Shown: positions 60,962 to 64,000 of the stretch, piece by piece
Layout of the letters: each line of letters opens with the position of its first letter
Position numbering within the stretch: position 1 is the stretch's first letter
Made by a program: the position numbers and the translations under genes
NCBI RefSeq assembly: GCF_001194135.2
Contig: NC_068993.1
Location: 23,788,764 to 23,852,763 of the forward strand
Reading direction: 5' to 3'
DNA from: Octopus bimaculoides
Lineage: Eukaryota
DNA length: 64,000 bases
Notes under the pieces: model-generated
The model's input: the letters and a program-made list of their open reading frames with translations, nothing else
Told to the model about the DNA's origin: nothing
Database searches by the model: none

Positions 60962-61661
60962 GAATTTGACAATCAAATATCTTTCATGAAATCCGAGAAA
61001 TGCATATTAAAATCTCAAAGTGAATCCAGGACCAGCAAAACTGGTACAGCTTTTGCAATTAAGCAGATATGCGACCACAACATGGATTACTATCTATAAT
61101 GATTATTTATCCTTACGAAACTTAGAGACTCACTGTTTGTCAGAATCTAGTTCTGTATATTGAGAACAAGTACACTTTACATAACAACATGCGCAAAATC
61201 ATTACGTATTGACTCGTGAAAGAATTAATAATGTTGGCAGATAGGAAATATTAGAAGGTCTTAGTCTTCATTCATTACGCAGCTATAACGTTCTGATATC
61301 TCCACACAAATTCCTTCAAATTTCAGTCAGTATGAGTGAAATTTCAGAAAAAGTGAATTAATCAAATGAAAGCCATTAACTGAGTGATGAGTGAGATTTG
61401 CACTCAAAATATAAAGAGGTGGATCAAACCGGCATCACAGATGATTGGACTAATTCTGCCAAGTACAAACCAATCATTGATTTACTACCTAGGGAGGGCA
61501 TGATTAAGTAGAGTAATCATAAATATTATTCTCATACCATACTTATAATATATTATAATACCATATACATACATATATACATAAGCAGATATATATATGC
61601 GTATATGTGTGTGTGTATGCATGTCTGTATATAAAAAAAAACAGATAGAAAACGTATCCGT

Positions 61662-61698
61662 ATAAGACACAGAGGCTCTCTAATTCTTCATCAGTTAT
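61662..61698 (-). ncRNA. Degenerate minimal type I hammerhead-like motif
   Basis: Minus strand: ATAA-CTGATGA-AGAATTA-GAGAG-C(CTCTGT)GTC-TTAT. CUGAUGA is intact, the triplet is GUC and stem I is a perfect 4 bp. GAAA and stem II are damaged. Confidence 0.45.
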
Positions 61699-62628
61699 CA
61701 ACCAGAATAGTAGTACCGGGTTTCGCACCTCTAATTATAAGACTGAGTGGCTTCCCATCTTGGCGGTGCTTGCGAAAGATGCTGAGAATCGGACCTCAAG
61801 CAAACAAAAAGAGAGTGGACATACGAAAGTTAAAAAATGCGTAAAATAAGAGGATGAACAAAGACGAATGAGCAAAATGACGGCCTTGCGGCCAAAAGAC
61901 ATATTCTAAGTGACGCTTCGGCAAAATCCAGGATGATACAGACAACAGGCAATAGCAAAAAGGAGTAAGACTTTTTGTGACCGAACCGCTCGTCGGCCAG
62001 TGAGAAAGAGAGAATGAAGAAAAACTGGACACAGGTCACGTATCACCATCAGGCTGAGAAGATAGGGATAGAGAGAGAGCGACAGATAAAACTGAGAGAG
62101 AGAGGGGAAGAAAAGAAGGGGGAAGGAGTAAGGCTACAAACACAAATGAGAGGGTGAGAGACAAAAAGGGGGAGGTGGACAGGCTACCAATATGCCTGGA
62201 TGAGAGAGAAAGAAAGAAAGAAGAATGAAAGAAACAGTAGAGTCACCCAGAATATATGCAAACTTACTGTTAGTAAACGAGTGGTAGTGAGTTGTGCAAC
62301 GCTACGCAACACACTACCAGAAGTTTATTAAGAGTAAGAATATATAAATATACATATATATATATATANNNNNNNNNNNNNNNNNNNNNNNNNNNNNNNN
62401 NNNNNNNNNNNNNNNNNNNNNNNNNNNNNNNNNNNNNNNNNNNNNNNNNNNNNNNNNNNNNNNNNNNNNNNNNNNNNNNNNNNNNNNNNNNNNNNNNNNN
62501 NNNNNNNNNNNNNNNNNNNNNNNNNNNNNNNNNNNNNNNNNNNNNNNNNNNNNNNNNNNNNNNNNNNNNNNNNNNNNNNNNNNNNNNNNNNNNNNNNNNN
62601 NNNNNNNNNNNNNNNNNNNNNNNNNNNN

Positions 62629-64000
62629 ATCCATTGGTTCGTCTGGTATCGTGGAGAGGAAAGCGTCGAGTTTTGTCTTGAAGACCTCCACATCCATGTC
62701 TTGCAGGTCTCTCAAATGTTTTGGCAGGGCATTGAAGAGCTGAGGTCCTCTGAAACCGAGGCTGCTGCAGTATCTCGTTCTTATTTCAGATGCTGTGGAC
62801 GGCACCTTTGGCACCATGCAGTGGCGACCCGTGCGGACATTCCTGTAGTACTTGATGCCAAAATTTGGCACCAGTCCTTCCAGTATTTTCCATATGTATA
62901 TTATTACATATCTCTCCCGCCTGCGCTCCAGGGAGTAGAGACCTAGTGCCTTCAATCGCTCCCTGTAGTTCATCTGTTGGACTGTGGTGATCTTTTTTGT
63001 AAAGTGACGCTGAATTGCCTCGAGTTCTGCTGTCCGCTTGACACTGTGTGGTGACCACAACTGAGAGCAATAGTCTAGGCGGCTCAGAACAAATGTCTTA
63101 GACTCAATATGACTTTTTGATCCCTTGTTCGGAATGTCCTCAGTATCCACCCTGCCAGTTGTCTGCACTTTGCTGTCAACTTGACAATGTGCATGTGAAA
63201 TGATGTATCACTACACATGTTGATGCCCAGGTCTCTAACTGTTTGTGGTTCTGGGATTGCAGTACCTCCAGGTCTTGTGTATGCCAGTTGGGAGGCACTT
63301 GTGGCCTTGTAGTGCAGTACTTGAAATTTTTTTGCATTGAACTGCATATTATTTTGCTCTGCCCACTCTTATATTGCATTTAGGTAATTCTGCAGGCTTA
63401 CAATATCATCAGGATTCTTTATTGCCTGAGATAGTTTTGTGTCATCAGCGTAGCTAGTGACAGTGGCTCTCCGAGTGACCGTGGTCTTGTCCAGATGGGC
63501 CACTATGAACAGTAGTGGCCCCAGGACAGTTCCTTGCGGAACACCGTTCAATATTTGCGTTTCCCTAGATAGTTCTCCATTGACTGCAACTGTTTGACTT
63601 CTACCATTCAGGAAGTCATGTAGCCATTCTCCTAATTTACCAGCTATGCCAAGGTTTTGCAGCCTGTGACATATCAAGACATGATCAACTTTGTCAAAGG
63701 CTTTTGCAAAGTCGAGATATATCACATCAACATTTGAATGGTCAAGTAGCTGCTTCGGACCCAGTCATAATGCTGCAAGAGCTGCGTGAGGCAGCTTCTA
63801 CCTGGACGGAAACCATGCTGGGTCTCATTCAGCAAGTCATTTTCTTCTACGAACTCAATCAATCTCCTTCTGACAATTCGTTCCATGACTTTGCTAATAT
63901 GTGAAGTCAGAGAGATGGGCCTGTAGTTCCCAGCCTCTGCTCTGCTTCCACCTTTATGGATAGGACATATGGTGCCTTTCTTCAGCTTTTTGGGAAGTTT
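62629..64000 (-). mobile_element. CR1-like LINE, RT to C-terminus (relatively well preserved)
   Basis: IYLDFAKAFDKVDH...GVPQGTVLGPLLF...SYADDTKL; QFNAKKF...VRDLG...GWILRTFRTRD; VLSRLDYCSQLWSP...LEAIQRHFTK...RLKALGLYSLERRRERY...LFNALP...FKTKLDAFLSTIPDEP. Broken by frameshifts; runs off the window edge. Confidence 0.95.

Noticed and set aside
57587-62693. Long ORFs of 120-450 aa containing X
   Set aside because: They are open only because they cross N gaps and microsatellites.

Overview
This is an AT-rich, microsatellite-dense animal genomic window with 8 assembly gaps, about 3.1 kb of N in total. The SINE families and repeat density look like an octopod cephalopod (Octopus-like); I recognised this from memory and did not verify it by search. 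I cannot support any intact host protein-coding gene, rRNA, tRNA gene or CRISPR array. Almost every recognisable coding fragment is a decayed transposable element. Retroelements: RTE-clade LINEs (one near full length at about 11957-16075), R4/Dong-like RLE elements, a CR1-like LINE, Penelope-like elements (PLEs; RT thumb and GIY-YIG endonuclease) and probable Ty3/Gypsy relics. DNA transposons: three mariner relics, one Tc1 relic, MULE-like relics, a Helitron helicase fragment and a DFAENY-motif DDE transposase. Three tRNA-headed SINE families are also present. The most interesting unexplained signal is RNA-structural: four separate hammerhead-ribozyme-like loci, mostly in PLE-type contexts. 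They include a back-to-back inverted pair sharing a U4-to-C core variant (50713-50793) and a 360-bp unit bounded by 70-bp direct repeats with a central hammerhead-like core (43497-43926). Other leads are microsatellite-bounded retroelements (CATA and TAA), a pre-miRNA-sized hairpin, a 146-bp palindrome and a near-identical local duplication carrying a mutating GAA microsatellite. All ribozyme calls are hand-folded and untested.
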